A stretch of 64,000 bases of DNA from the NCBI GenBank assembly GCA_963664405.1, contig OY761158.1:2464001-2528000 (forward strand), read 5' to 3'. Shown here in pieces: positions 20,601 through 30,169 of this stretch. The notes beneath the pieces were generated by a model. The model saw nothing but the letters and a program-made list of their open reading frames with translations. It was not told the DNA's origin and made no database searches. Origin of the DNA: Thermoanaerobaculia bacterium. Lineage in GTDB: Bacteria > Acidobacteriota > Thermoanaerobaculia > Multivoradales > Multivoraceae. The position numbers were made by a program, and so were the translations under genes. The stretch's first letter is position 1. The number at the start of each line of letters is the position of its first letter.

Positions 20601-21560
20601 GCCTCGCTACGGAAGGATCGAACGGTCGCCGATACCGCCTTGGAGGTGTCGCAGCAATTCGGCGGTATCGAAGCAGCCAGGCAGTTCTTCCGAACTCTGA
20701 CAGACAAGAGCGCCCCTATCGATGCCCGCCGCAAAGCCCTCGATGGCCTCGCGGGGCAGCAGCGACAGGCGCTTGTCGAAGAGATTCCCGGTCTTTTGGA
20801 AGAGAAGGAGCTCCGCATCGCGGCGATCAGAGCGATCGCTGCATTTGATGACTATGAACTAGGCAAGATGCTGCTGAGTCGATACGATGACTTCAATTCG
20901 GAAGAGAAGCTGGAAGCCGTTCACACCTTGGCTTCGCGCCCTACCTACGGTGAGTACCTCACCTACGCCCTCGAACAGGGGACGATCCCGAAGCGCGATG
21001 TCCCTGCCTACTCCGCCAGACAACTGCACCGGGTTGTCGGCAGTGGCTTTCTCGAAGTCTGGGGCCCCATCACTCAGGTTTCGAGTGAGAAAGCCGCGGC
21101 TCTCGCCAAATATACGACGCTTCTGAGCGATGAAGTCATCGCCGCCGCCGACGCCATCCACGGTCGCGAGATGTTCGACGCTCTCTGCGGCAAGTGCCAC
21201 CAGATGTACGGCGAGGGCGGCCTCGTCGGCCCGGATATCACGGGTTCGAACCGTACCGAGCTCGACTATCTGCTCACCAACATCATTGACCCCAGCGGGG
21301 ACATTCAGGACGACTACAGAATGTTGATGGTGACAACCCGAGACGGCCGGACCTACGCCGGCAACATCGCCGCCGAGAGCGAGCGAGCTCTAACCCTGCG
21401 AGTCGTCGGCCAGGACGCCGTAGTCATCGCCAAATCGGATATCCAGTCTCGCGAACAATCGGCCCTTTCGATGATGCCGGACAACATGCTCGAGAGCTTC
21501 ACCGATAGCGAAGTGACCGATCTGGTGGCGTATTTGATGACAACGGAGCAAGTGCCCTAG
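17652..21560 (+). CDS. PVC-type heme-binding (CxxCH) dehydrogenase-like lipoprotein with an N-terminal PmoA-like (DUF6807) domain
   Basis: Lipobox ISLAC; RPYLHP..HHPHQTGLYW; QPMAFCWDDRGR beta-propeller; HEAT repeats; CGKCH...GPDITG; C-terminal SMMP. Confidence 0.88.
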   Translation: MRHQVQLLPALLILGIISLACGGAEDPDDSESPQGPRLRAQQDVEAGTISIFRGDEAEPIVTQNARPDHRPYLHPIVAPDGKGLVTEYSPGHHPHQTGLYWGFTRVNGQTVSEDTLKEWFYKRDKPEDIARAIGRDFFHNPGGEYWRLKSASVITASGDEVQWQTVYDMLDAAGTAIITETQTWTMRLAEGKYLLDLEWAGEAKTDITINEFDYGGMFLRMPWRKGMRGEAVNAARQRNGQAEGKRAMWVDVGMQVEGRDDLAHVAIFDHPMNTGFPQTWRVDGNLGVGPVRARMGDWHIPEGATEAIRHRLVVYTGELDDVELTNQWEEYSGGDRKYSTASLWEIAQEEGLKEKFLTPTEAAESMTLLDGFEVNAWASEPAITQPMAFCWDDRGRMWVAENRDYESRGTGFSNSGDSRILILEDTDRDGVADSSKVFLEGIPFPSAIAVGFDGLFLGAPPNLIFIPDRDGDDRGDMDDAEILLTGWGIRDRHETINSFHWGPDGWLYGLEGFATVSKIRKPNGEGRFYGHKDPFPEDLLEANGVDINGGVWRYHPTKKRFEVVGHGFSNPWGIDYDAKGQLFISACVIPHAFHVVPGGIYHRQGGQHFNPYVYSDIRTIVDHRHRSAHGGARVYLSDAFPEEHHGRLFMANIHEHAVLTDELEAKGSGFVAHHGDDFLYANNAQWIGFSMEIGPAGAVYVLDWHDADICGKDVHNKDTGRIFRITPKASQAEDWEGRYGDLKTMPSTHLVELQLSKSAWHARRARVVLQGRAAKGELDEAAHDRLGEIFESNPDADIRLRAMWALHITNGFTATDLTQALEDNDPHVRAWAVQLLCEDHAPPAPAVEMFARMAREDESPVVRLYLAAALQRLEHDARWQIAQGLIEHAEDTDDHNIPKMIWFGIEPLVAENPARALELAHRSEIPMLVNYIARRAVDANQLEALITSLEKRSDARPSLLKGMQAGLEGQIDVTPPQNWETVYASLRKDRTVADTALEVSQQFGGIEAARQFFRTLTDKSAPIDARRKALDGLAGQQRQALVEEIPGLLEEKELRIAAIRAIAAFDDYELGKMLLSRYDDFNSEEKLEAVHTLASRPTYGEYLTYALEQGTIPKRDVPAYSARQLHRVVGSGFLEVWGPITQVSSEKAAALAKYTTLLSDEVIAAADAIHGREMFDALCGKCHQMYGEGGLVGPDITGSNRTELDYLLTNIIDPSGDIQDDYRMLMVTTRDGRTYAGNIAAESERALTLRVVGQDAVVIAKSDIQSREQSALSMMPDNMLESFTDSEVTDLVAYLMTTEQVP

Positions 21561-21596
21561 CCAGAGAAAATGATAAGTATCATTTCCTCTGGCTAG
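21557..21596. repeat. CTAG-bounded near-perfect palindrome (terminator or mini-MITE)
   Basis: CTAGCCAGAGAAAATGATA-AG-TATCATTTCCTCTGGCTAG: 19-bp arms with one mismatch, starting at the stop codon of the upstream gene. Confidence 0.8.
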
Positions 21597-23150
21597 GAGT
21601 CTGCGCGGCAGGAGTGCGGGTACGGTGAAGCTTCGATCGCGCTGCAGAATGGACGCCGCATTGGGTTTCGGATGGCGGAGAGTGCGTTGAGCAAGCCTGA
21701 CGAGGCGTCAGGAAGCGCGATGCGGGTCGTATAGTGAGCTCTAACTCGGTGGCATGGCCCGGAGCGGCTCATGAAGCCGCTTGGAGGACGTGGAAGCGCT
21801 TCAAGTTGACGGCCAGACACACCAGATCCCACTCGTGGCCGACATTGTCTTGGCCCCGGAGGCTGAATCGTCGGAAGCCCAGCACCTCTTTGATCCACCC
21901 GATCACCGGTTCCACGACCGCCTTGCGCCGTCGGTAGCGTTGCTTGCCGGCCTCGCTGGCGAGTTTGATCTGCATGCGGTGAGACGCTTCGAGCTGCGTA
22001 CTCACTTCCCACTTCTTTCCCTCTCGACCCAAGGAGATGTGAGCGTCAATGCTTCGCTCCTCGAGTTCGAGGAATGTCGCCTCGCTGCGATACCCCGCGT
22101 CCGCCAAGACCTGCTCGGGATCCTCCCCCAGCGCCGCCTTCGCCCGGGAGAGCAACGGCATCATCTGGTCCACGTCCGCGGCGTTGTTCGTCAGGCTCGT
22201 CGAGACGATCATCTGCGACTCTTCCTCCACCGCCAACTGGCCGTTGTAGCACTGATCGTAGCCATGGACCGTTTTCATGATCCGACTCTGCGGATCGGTG
22301 AAGTTGTCTTGGGCCCGGTCCTCCGGAACACCGAAATCGCGCGCGAAGGGGCGTCCGCGACGAGGCGGATCGTCGTCGTCATCCTCCGTACGGCCGCGCG
22401 CGCGGTCCTTCTCGGCCTGGCGCGCCTCGAGGCGCGCCTTCGCCTCCTGGATCTTCGCCAAGCGCTGCTCGCGCCGTTGCAGCTCGGCCGGCAGCTCATC
22501 GCCGCGCAGCTGCGCTCCATGCTCGGCATCCTCAGCCGTATCCACCGCCTCGGCCTGCGCCATCAGCGCGGCGATCTCCTCCTCCAGACGCTTCTCCTCC
22601 TCCAGCATTCGACCGTAGCTCATCGACTTGCGCTTGCTCGCGTTGGCCTTGACCTTCGTACCGTCCACCACCAACGTCCCCAGACGCAACACCCCGGCCT
22701 CACGCGCGATCTGCACCACCTGCACGAACAGTGCGTGGAAGGCCGCCAAATGAAGCTGACGAAACTCACAAATCGTGCGATGCGCCGGAGAGTTGCCCGC
22801 CGCCAGAAAACGATAGGCCACGTCCTCCTCGAGCTTGCGCGCGATGCCACGCGACGAATACGTCCCCGTCGCATACGCATACAGCAAAACCTTCACCATC
22901 ATCCGAGGATCGAACGGCTGATTCCGACGACCATCCCCCTCGTAACGAGCGTAGAACGACGACAGATCCAGCGCCTCCACCGTCTCGGAGATGAAGTACA
23001 CCAAGTGACCCTCCGGCAACCAGTCACGAGGGCTCGGAGCTAACAGATACAGCTGATCCGGGGCATACGGACGAAATGACGTTGGCATGCCACAACTCTA
23101 CTCCGTCTTCGATCTCTTCACTAAACACTCCGTTTCTGCCGCGCAGACTC
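21597..23150 (-). mobile_element. IS1182-family insertion sequence (1554 bp)
   Basis: Perfect 15-bp terminal inverted repeats GAGTCTGCGCGGCAG / CTGCCGCGCAGACTC, flanked by CTAG at 21593-21596 and 23151-23154. Confidence 0.93.
21769..23088 (-). CDS. IS1182-family transposase
   Basis: DWLPEGHL, PFDPRMMVKVLLYAY...SSR, VDGTKVKANAS, NFTDPQSRIMK, LADAGY and RRKAVVEPVIGWIK. Confidence 0.93.
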   Translation of the reverse strand: MPTSFRPYAPDQLYLLAPSPRDWLPEGHLVYFISETVEALDLSSFYARYEGDGRRNQPFDPRMMVKVLLYAYATGTYSSRGIARKLEEDVAYRFLAAGNSPAHRTICEFRQLHLAAFHALFVQVVQIAREAGVLRLGTLVVDGTKVKANASKRKSMSYGRMLEEEKRLEEEIAALMAQAEAVDTAEDAEHGAQLRGDELPAELQRREQRLAKIQEAKARLEARQAEKDRARGRTEDDDDDPPRRGRPFARDFGVPEDRAQDNFTDPQSRIMKTVHGYDQCYNGQLAVEEESQMIVSTSLTNNAADVDQMMPLLSRAKAALGEDPEQVLADAGYRSEATFLELEERSIDAHISLGREGKKWEVSTQLEASHRMQIKLASEAGKQRYRRRKAVVEPVIGWIKEVLGFRRFSLRGQDNVGHEWDLVCLAVNLKRFHVLQAAS

Positions 23151-23281
23151 CTAGAGTTGCTGTTTGGCGCCGAGGACGGCGCACTCAGGCGTTGCTTCTT
23201 ATACGCTCCGGGAGACGGCGCAGGCCGAATCTGCGAGTCTTAGGGCCGGCCCCAGAGTGGTTGATCTAGAGGGAAACGCCT

Positions 23282-25210
23282 ATGCCATCCGGCAGGTACG
23301 CATTTGCGATGTCGCTGGCCTACGGCGGTGTTGTGCTTGCTGGGGCGACCGCGGCGCAGAACGCCGTAGCGCCGGACCCCGATCCGCCCGCCTCGACCGT
23401 CGAGGAAGAGATCACGGTGGTCGATCGCGCCGCGGACTCGCAGACCACCAGTACGACCATTCTCGAGCGCGAAGAGATCGTGCGCTCCACGGTCAGAACC
23501 ACCGGCGAGCTGGTTCAGTTCGTCCCCGGCGTTCATGTCGTGGGCTCGGGCTCGCGCGGTGGTACCGCCCACGCGCAGGTCCGCGGGGGCGATCCCAACT
23601 TCACCCTCGTCCTCCTCGACGGCATTCCGCTCAACGACCCCACTGGGGTACAGGGAGGGGCGCTCAATCTCTCCACAGTGCCGGTCCGTCATCTCGAGCG
23701 AGCCGAGGTGGTTCGCGGTTCGAGCACCTACTACTTCGGCTCCAGTGCGGTCGGTGGCGTCCTGAATCTGACGAGTCGCCGGGGTGGCGAGGAGAACCAC
23801 GGAGAGGTTTTCGTGGAGGCGGGCGACCACTCGCTCGCACACGGTGTCGTCTCCGTGGGTGGGCCGGCCGGCCGCGGCGACGGCGCCGGCGACTTCTTCC
23901 TCGGCGTCGACTACGAGGAGGAAGAGGGCACCATCGCTCTCGACACTTTCGATCAGCTGAGCATGCAAGCCAACGTAGGCTTCGCTGTAGGAGACGGGGC
24001 CGACCTGCGTCTGGTCGGTCGCTTCACCGACTGGACTATCGACGACTACCCCGAGAGCTCTGGCGGCCCGGTCTTCGGCAGCGGCGAGCTGCGCCACTCC
24101 GACGGGGAGCAACTCTCGGGCGGGCTCAATCTCAGCTTCGTCCGAGGGAGCTCGAGCCACGCCGGTTCCATCGGAGTCAGTCGCAGCGACACAGGGCTCA
24201 CGAGCCCTGCGATCTTCCCTCTGGTTCCACCCTCGATCGAGGATCGCGAATACACCCGAAGTCAGCTCAGCTGGGTCTCTCGCACTCAGGTCTCAGCGCG
24301 GCTCGGCTTCTCCGCCGGCGCACAGATCGACAATGAGAGCGCCAGCAACCAGAGCGTGCTGATTCTGCCCCCCTTTCTGGGTGGCGAAGTCGACGGCTCC
24401 TACGACCTCGACCGGACGACGCCGTCGGTGTTCGTCGAAGGGTCGATCGAACATCGCAATCTCGTCGTCGAGGTCGGCACGCGCGTCGACGACCCGGAGG
24501 ACCTCGACGACGAATGGAGTCCACGGCTGGGACTTCACTACCGATTGGGCAACTCCGATTGGCAGCTTCGCGGTGGTTGGAGCCGTGCTTTCAAACTGCC
24601 CAGCTTTTTCGCCCTCGCCAGCCCGCCACAGCTCGGCGGCAACCCGGATCTTCTGCCCGAGACGAGTGAGGGCATGGAGCTCGGAATCGAGCACCGCTCG
24701 GCGCGAAGTCAGCTCGCAGTCGTTGCCTTCCGTATCGATTACGAAGATCTGATCGACTTCGACTTCGACACCTTCAGCAACGTCAACCGATCTACCGTCG
24801 AGGCCGAGGGCATCGAGCTCTTCCTTTATCGACGTCTCAGCGACAAGTTGGAGATCGCACTCAACGGCACCTTCCAGGACGTCCAAGATCCGACCTCTCC
24901 AGGCGAGATCTTGCGCAGGCCCGACTGGTTTGGCAGCCTGCGCCTGGACTGGAGACCGATACCGCCTTTACGACTGCGCCTCGACGCCAGGCTGGCCGAC
25001 GACAGCGCCGACGTCCAACTTCCCGTCCCCGACCGCAACCGTGTCGAGGGTTACGAAGTGCTAGGGCTCGGCGCCTCGTTCGAGATCTCGAGAAGCTGGG
25101 CGGTGACCGGTCGCGTCGACAACCTGACCGACGAGGACTACGAGCACTTCATCGGTTTCCCGCAGCCGGGACGCTCAGCGAGGGCCGGAGTCGAGTACCG
25201 CTTTCCCTGA
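23282..25210 (+). CDS. TonB-dependent receptor (BtuB-like)
   Basis: EEITVV TonB box, plug motifs VRGG..N.TLVLLDGIP and EVVRG...G..AVGGVLN, NPDLLPE, C-terminal GRSARAGVEYRF. Confidence 0.9.
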   Translation: MPSGRYAFAMSLAYGGVVLAGATAAQNAVAPDPDPPASTVEEEITVVDRAADSQTTSTTILEREEIVRSTVRTTGELVQFVPGVHVVGSGSRGGTAHAQVRGGDPNFTLVLLDGIPLNDPTGVQGGALNLSTVPVRHLERAEVVRGSSTYYFGSSAVGGVLNLTSRRGGEENHGEVFVEAGDHSLAHGVVSVGGPAGRGDGAGDFFLGVDYEEEEGTIALDTFDQLSMQANVGFAVGDGADLRLVGRFTDWTIDDYPESSGGPVFGSGELRHSDGEQLSGGLNLSFVRGSSSHAGSIGVSRSDTGLTSPAIFPLVPPSIEDREYTRSQLSWVSRTQVSARLGFSAGAQIDNESASNQSVLILPPFLGGEVDGSYDLDRTTPSVFVEGSIEHRNLVVEVGTRVDDPEDLDDEWSPRLGLHYRLGNSDWQLRGGWSRAFKLPSFFALASPPQLGGNPDLLPETSEGMELGIEHRSARSQLAVVAFRIDYEDLIDFDFDTFSNVNRSTVEAEGIELFLYRRLSDKLEIALNGTFQDVQDPTSPGEILRRPDWFGSLRLDWRPIPPLRLRLDARLADDSADVQLPVPDRNRVEGYEVLGLGASFEISRSWAVTGRVDNLTDEDYEHFIGFPQPGRSARAGVEYRFP

Positions 25211-25219
25211 CCGCCGGAG

Positions 25220-26284
25220 CTACTCTCCGCCCGCAGCCTTCGCGCGTTTGGCGAGCTCCTCGTTCTCCAGAATGCGCGCTCCCCGCAAGGTGTTCCCCAT
25301 CGCGTAGTTCCCTTCGTGGCACGCGTACTCGTAGACCCTCTTGGCACTGCGCGTCCAAACGAACTCACCGCTCCACTTCGCGGTCCACGCCGTCGGATCG
25401 TCGACAGTGAAGTCGTAGAGAAGGTCTCCGTTCTCCGTGAGCTCGAAGCGCTCCACCAGATGCAGATTCTCGTCGCCTCCGTACAAACCGGTGTACTCGC
25501 GGAAGTTCGTGCTCTCGACGACCAGAGTGTCGCCCTCCCAATGACCAACGGAATCCCCCAGCCACAGCAGGTTGTCGCCATGCTCGGCGTTCAACCGGAT
25601 GATGCGTGCGTCGTGCACCATCTCCAGCAGGATCACCACGTGGTCATCGGTCTGAACGATCCTCTTGAAGTTGTTGTACGCACCGGGGATGCTCGGCGGA
25701 CCGGCGCTGAATCCCAAGATGCAGCGCTCTGCCAGCGCCTGATCCTCAGGTCCGTCGAAGGGCCCGCGGCCTTCTTCGTCGAGCCAAGAAGGCGTGCCGT
25801 CGTTGACGTATGTGAACGAGGTGAAGTTGGCAGCCCGCTTCGCCTGGCCCATCTCGGTCATGTCGGGTTGGCGGCCGTTGGGCGGGTCGTAGACGATCGA
25901 GGTGCGGAACTTGCCGTCGACTTCGAACACGTTGCTGCCCGGATCCAACCAGAAATTGTTGTAGCCGCCAATCCCACCGCCGCCGCCGGTGCGAGTGCCC
26001 TCGCCACCCAGGACCGGTGCTTCGCGGTCCGGATCACTGGCAGCATTCGCCTTCGCTCGGCGGTCCGCCGCGTCCTTGGTGATCTTCTCGGCCTCTTCCT
26101 GGGTCATGAACTGCTTGTCGCCGAATCGTTCAGGACGATTGAGCGGCGTCAGAGTGCCGCCGTCATAGACCCCCGAGAGGTCCGGCTTGCCGGAAGCCGT
26201 CCGCTTCATCTCGAAGCCGTCTTCCGCGTGAATAGCTGGGGCCAGGAGGGCTGAGGTCAACACTACAACAGCGAGGTTTTTCAT
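25220..26284 (-). CDS. Secreted hypothetical protein, 'EYACHEGN' family
   Basis: GKPDLSG, ERCILG, EMVHDARII, GDSVGHWEGDTLVVE and YEYACHEGN. Confidence 0.85.
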   Translation of the reverse strand: MKNLAVVVLTSALLAPAIHAEDGFEMKRTASGKPDLSGVYDGGTLTPLNRPERFGDKQFMTQEEAEKITKDAADRRAKANAASDPDREAPVLGGEGTRTGGGGGIGGYNNFWLDPGSNVFEVDGKFRTSIVYDPPNGRQPDMTEMGQAKRAANFTSFTYVNDGTPSWLDEEGRGPFDGPEDQALAERCILGFSAGPPSIPGAYNNFKRIVQTDDHVVILLEMVHDARIIRLNAEHGDNLLWLGDSVGHWEGDTLVVESTNFREYTGLYGGDENLHLVERFELTENGDLLYDFTVDDPTAWTAKWSGEFVWTRSAKRVYEYACHEGNYAMGNTLRGARILENEELAKRAKAAGGE

Positions 26285-26368
26285 CGTCTCTTCTCCACGA
26301 GTCGTTTCTGCGTTACCAGGGCGAGGACCCCTATTTGCAAAACATCCTATCGCCCCGTCGAGAACCAG

Positions 26369-27262
26369 TCAGATGAGACGCGCGAACTTCTTATACAACA
26401 GATCCAAGAGCTCTCGAATCTGTTCCAAGCGCACATCCAGATTCTCGACCCAGCTCTGGTTTCCGGGCCGCGAAAACTTGATCGCGCTCAAACGAAAAGT
26501 CGTTGCGTCGATCGTGAACCTCACATCCTTGTGAAGGAGCTTGGCGGCGAGGATGTCGGCATCGCTCGTGAGATAGCGGTGGAGGTCTGTGATCACGTCA
26601 CCGGAGAGCGTGATTCGGGTGTCTTCGCTAGCCAATCGCACATATCCTTGCTCAGGCTCGATCAGAAATTCCGGGTCGCCAACGAGCTTGGCGAGGAATC
26701 GGCACCCGTAGATCGAAGCCGCCGGATCCATCGTCTCCGGCAGATCGCTCCACTCCTCCGGTAGGCCCTTCTCGAGCCAGGGGTTGTGGATCTCGGTCGC
26801 TACTCCCGCTTTGCGCAGGAGCTGCTGCAAAACCCCCAGATGCACCTTCGAGGTCGTGCCCGCGTAGAGCATCTTGTTATCGATGCAACACTCGATCACG
26901 GTCGAGGTGGGTGTGCGCCCGACAATGAGCTCTTCTTCCGCGAGGTGGCGAAGCTCGGCTCGTCTTCCCGAGGGTACGTAGGGCACTCCGGTCTGCTCGA
27001 GCTCGGTCAGCAGGAGTTGTTTGTGCCGCTCTCGGAGCTGTACGGAGTCGGCACGCCGACGGTCGATTCGCATACGAAACGCGACTCGGCCGGCGCCGAT
27101 CTGGTAGGCCGCCTCCGGTTCGAAGGGAATGAAGCCGATCGACTCTTTGACTTCCGAGGCGAGGTCGATCCCCTCGTAGGCGAGAGCCTCGAAGGTCGAT
27201 TCGTCGACGTGAGACGACGCCTTGAAGGGGGTGACGCAGACAGAACCGGTGAGAAGTCCCAT
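26369..27262 (-). CDS. Putative RdgC-like recombination-associated protein
   Basis: MGLLTGSV...ESIGF...FRMRIDRRR...RRAELRH...TPTS resembles divergent RdgC-family N-termini. Confidence 0.55.
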   Translation of the reverse strand: MGLLTGSVCVTPFKASSHVDESTFEALAYEGIDLASEVKESIGFIPFEPEAAYQIGAGRVAFRMRIDRRRADSVQLRERHKQLLLTELEQTGVPYVPSGRRAELRHLAEEELIVGRTPTSTVIECCIDNKMLYAGTTSKVHLGVLQQLLRKAGVATEIHNPWLEKGLPEEWSDLPETMDPAASIYGCRFLAKLVGDPEFLIEPEQGYVRLASEDTRITLSGDVITDLHRYLTSDADILAAKLLHKDVRFTIDATTFRLSAIKFSRPGNQSWVENLDVRLEQIRELLDLLYKKFARLI

Positions 27263-27451
27263 AGCGGGGGGATATCCGAGAGGGGGAAGATAGCAGCAAA
27301 TGGAGGGTTGTCGGCGCCCGATCGGTCGATCCATCCCACCCGAGACGGACGCTTTCTGCTCGGAAGCCTGTGGGACTGCGAGTCAGTCAGAGAGGGAGGG
27401 ATTCGATGTCGAAATCGCTCAGCTGGACGCTAACTGTGATCGGAAGGCAGG

Positions 27452-28126
27452 TCACTCCTTGGTGATCTTCAAGTTAGAAAAGTGGGCTACCGTCGACCCA
27501 TTGATCCACAGCCCGACCCGGCCGGTGGCATCTGCGCCCATCTTCATGTCGTTCACCACCAGGGTCGGCTGCTCGGCGCCGTTTACATGGACCCTCAACT
27601 TCTCGCCTTGAATATCGAGCTTCACGTGGGCCCACTCGCCGGGAACAAGGTCCGCGTAGGTTTCATACTTCCCTGGGGTCTCGTTTCGCAACCGCATCCA
27701 ACCATAGTCCGGCTCCGAGCTGTACTGAACGGAGTGGTTACGACGTTCTTGATCCTCGGCGCGGCCATTGGTCGGCCTTAGGTAGACGTGCTCGAACCTT
27801 GAATAGTCCGCCGGCATGCGCAGCCCCAAGCCGACAAACCCGCGAGCTCCCCCTGTTGCGCCAGGAGTCGGCTCGCCCGCCATGTCGACCTCGATCGTGC
27901 CGTTGTGAAACTCGAGGTCCTCTACAACCAGGAACATGCCGATGCCCCGCCCGTCAGGCCCGCGGGTAACTCGCACCGCCTGGCGACCCTTGTAGGTCAC
28001 CACCTCGGCCGTCACATTACGTAGCTCCAAACCCTCGAGCGAGTCGAGCGGAAGGTTTCTAGTGTCCGCCGCAGAGGCGGCGAGTGAACTCAACAGTAGG
28101 GCTGATAGGCATGCACCAAGCTTCAT
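27452..28126 (-). CDS. DUF1080-like (3-keto-disaccharide hydrolase fold) secreted protein
   Basis: FHNGTIEVD, GFVGL, YLRPTNGRA.DQ.RRNH.VQY and GRVGLW...AHFSNLKI. Confidence 0.75.
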   Translation of the reverse strand: MKLGACLSALLLSSLAASAADTRNLPLDSLEGLELRNVTAEVVTYKGRQAVRVTRGPDGRGIGMFLVVEDLEFHNGTIEVDMAGEPTPGATGGARGFVGLGLRMPADYSRFEHVYLRPTNGRAEDQERRNHSVQYSSEPDYGWMRLRNETPGKYETYADLVPGEWAHVKLDIQGEKLRVHVNGAEQPTLVVNDMKMGADATGRVGLWINGSTVAHFSNLKITKE

Positions 28127-28330
28127 TCTGATCCTCCCAATGACTTGCTGCCGCGGTGCTCTCTATCGTCTCACAGGAGTCGGATTGACCCGTGTGAGAC
28201 CGGATAGGAAGCGCGTCTTCATAGGTTCACCTCGAGATTCGGGATGGTGCGAGAGACCGTGTTGAGACCTTGACAGTGTACCGAGAACCGCCTTGTTAGA
28301 CTGCGGACCTTAAAACTAGGAGGGAATCCC

Positions 28331-30109
28331 ATGTCGAGATCACTCTGCCGAACGCTGACTGTGCTGTGCTGCGCCACTCTGGGCGCCCAGCTTCACGCAG
28401 CTGATTCACGTCAGGCCTATTTTGGCGACCTTCACATTCACACGCGGTACTCGTTCGACGCCTTCGCCTTCGGCACCAAGACCGGCCCCGACGATGCCTA
28501 TCGCTTTGCCAAGGGTGCTGCGATTCCTCATTCCGGCGGTTTCGACATTCAACTCGAACGGCCGCTCGACTTCTACGCTGTGACAGATCACGGCATGTAC
28601 ATGGGCATGTGGTGGGCGATGACGGATCCCGAGCACCGCCTGCACGATGATCCCGAAGCGCAGCGTTACTACGATCCCAAGACCAAGGCCGACCGCAGCC
28701 GCTCCTTTCGTGGCAGTGCCTATCTGCGGGCCAACCCGGACCCCGCGGCGACGCGCACCGCCTGGCAAGACACGGTCGAGGCCGCCGACCGGCACTATAG
28801 ACCCGGCGAGTTCACCACCTTCGCCGCCTACGAGTACACCACCTCACGCAACTCCGGCAACCTGCACCGCAACGTGATCTTCCGCGGCGCTGCCGCGGAC
28901 TTGCCCTTCAGCCGTCTCGATTCGCTTAATCCCGAGGACCTGTGGGACTGGATGGACGGCCTGCGCGACGACGGTATCGAGGCCGTGGCCATTCCACACA
29001 ACGCCAACGGCTCCGACGGCCGGATGTTCGAGATGATGCAGTTCGACGGCTCGCCCATTGACCGCACCTATGCCGAGCAGCGCATGCGCAATGAGCCGCT
29101 GGTCGAAGTCACCCAGATCAAGGGCACATCGGACACTCATCCGGCGCTTTCGCCGAACGACGAGTGGGCCGATTTCGAGATCTACCCCTATCGCATCGCC
29201 ACCATGCTCTACAGCCAGCCGCACGGCAGCTACGCACGGCAGGCTCTGCTCCGCGGTCTGGAGCTGGAGGCGGACAAGAAGGGCAACCCCTACCGCTTCG
29301 GTCTCATCGGCGCCAGCGACACCCACAACTCGGGTGATGTTCTCGACGAGGATCGCTTCGTCAGCAAGGTCGGGGTACTCACCGACGAGCCAGTGGAGCG
29401 AGGTTCGGTCCCGGTCGCGGTCGTCGATGGAAATACCGGGTACACCACCGGCTCGTCGAAATACCACAGTGCATCGGGGCTGACCGGTGTGTGGGCGGAC
29501 ACAAACACTCGCGACGCCATCTTCGATGCCTTCCGGCGCAAGGAGACCTTCGCCACCAGCGGCCCGCGGATCAAGGTCAGGTTCTTCGCCGGCTACGGAC
29601 TCGACGACAAGGGCGACGATCCGGTGGCGGCGGCCTACGAGAACGGGGTACCCATGGGCGGCGACCTGAGCGCCAAGCCTCGAGGCGAGCCCGAGTTCAT
29701 GGTCTCGGCCATGCAGGACCCGTCGGGGACCAAGCTGCAACGCTTGCAGGTCATCAAGGGCTGGCTCGACGACGGTCACCCCCAGGAGCGCGTCTACGAC
29801 GTCGCCTGCTCCGACGGCGGCAAAGTCGATCCCGAAACCCATCGCTGCCCAGACAACGGCGCCAGCGTCGAACTCAGTGACTGCAGCATCACCGCCGATG
29901 TCGGCAGTGCCGAGCTCGAAGCGCTGTGGCGCGACCCGGACTTCGACTCCGGCCAACGCGCCTTCTACTACGTTCGTGCACTCGAGAACCCGACCTGCCG
30001 CTGGTCGACATGGGATGCGGTACGCGCCGGCACGCCGCCGAACCCCAGCCTGGCGGCGACGATCCAGGAACGCGCCTGGTCATCGCCGATCTGGGTGGTG
30101 CCGCGATAG
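28331..30109 (+). CDS. DUF3604 (PHP-like metallohydrolase) secreted protein
   Basis: FGDLHIHT.YSFDA, LDFYAVTDH, NLHRNVIFR, IPHN.NGS, ASDTH and IQERAWSSPIW. Confidence 0.92.
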   Translation: MSRSLCRTLTVLCCATLGAQLHAADSRQAYFGDLHIHTRYSFDAFAFGTKTGPDDAYRFAKGAAIPHSGGFDIQLERPLDFYAVTDHGMYMGMWWAMTDPEHRLHDDPEAQRYYDPKTKADRSRSFRGSAYLRANPDPAATRTAWQDTVEAADRHYRPGEFTTFAAYEYTTSRNSGNLHRNVIFRGAAADLPFSRLDSLNPEDLWDWMDGLRDDGIEAVAIPHNANGSDGRMFEMMQFDGSPIDRTYAEQRMRNEPLVEVTQIKGTSDTHPALSPNDEWADFEIYPYRIATMLYSQPHGSYARQALLRGLELEADKKGNPYRFGLIGASDTHNSGDVLDEDRFVSKVGVLTDEPVERGSVPVAVVDGNTGYTTGSSKYHSASGLTGVWADTNTRDAIFDAFRRKETFATSGPRIKVRFFAGYGLDDKGDDPVAAAYENGVPMGGDLSAKPRGEPEFMVSAMQDPSGTKLQRLQVIKGWLDDGHPQERVYDVACSDGGKVDPETHRCPDNGASVELSDCSITADVGSAELEALWRDPDFDSGQRAFYYVRALENPTCRWSTWDAVRAGTPPNPSLAATIQERAWSSPIWVVPR

Positions 30110-30169
30110 AGGTGCCGATAGAGGTGCAGGGCTAATCGGCAGAACCCCGGCAGGAATCGAGCCTCGCGA

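Noticed and set aside
23155-23281. Cobalamin riboswitch upstream of the BtuB-like receptor
   Set aside because: No B12-box or GGGAA/CCCGCAACTG core is visible; a cmsearch would settle it.
30105-30127. GATAGAGGTGC tandem duplication at the DUF3604 stop
   Set aside because: Only two short copies, likely slippage, with no functional evidence.
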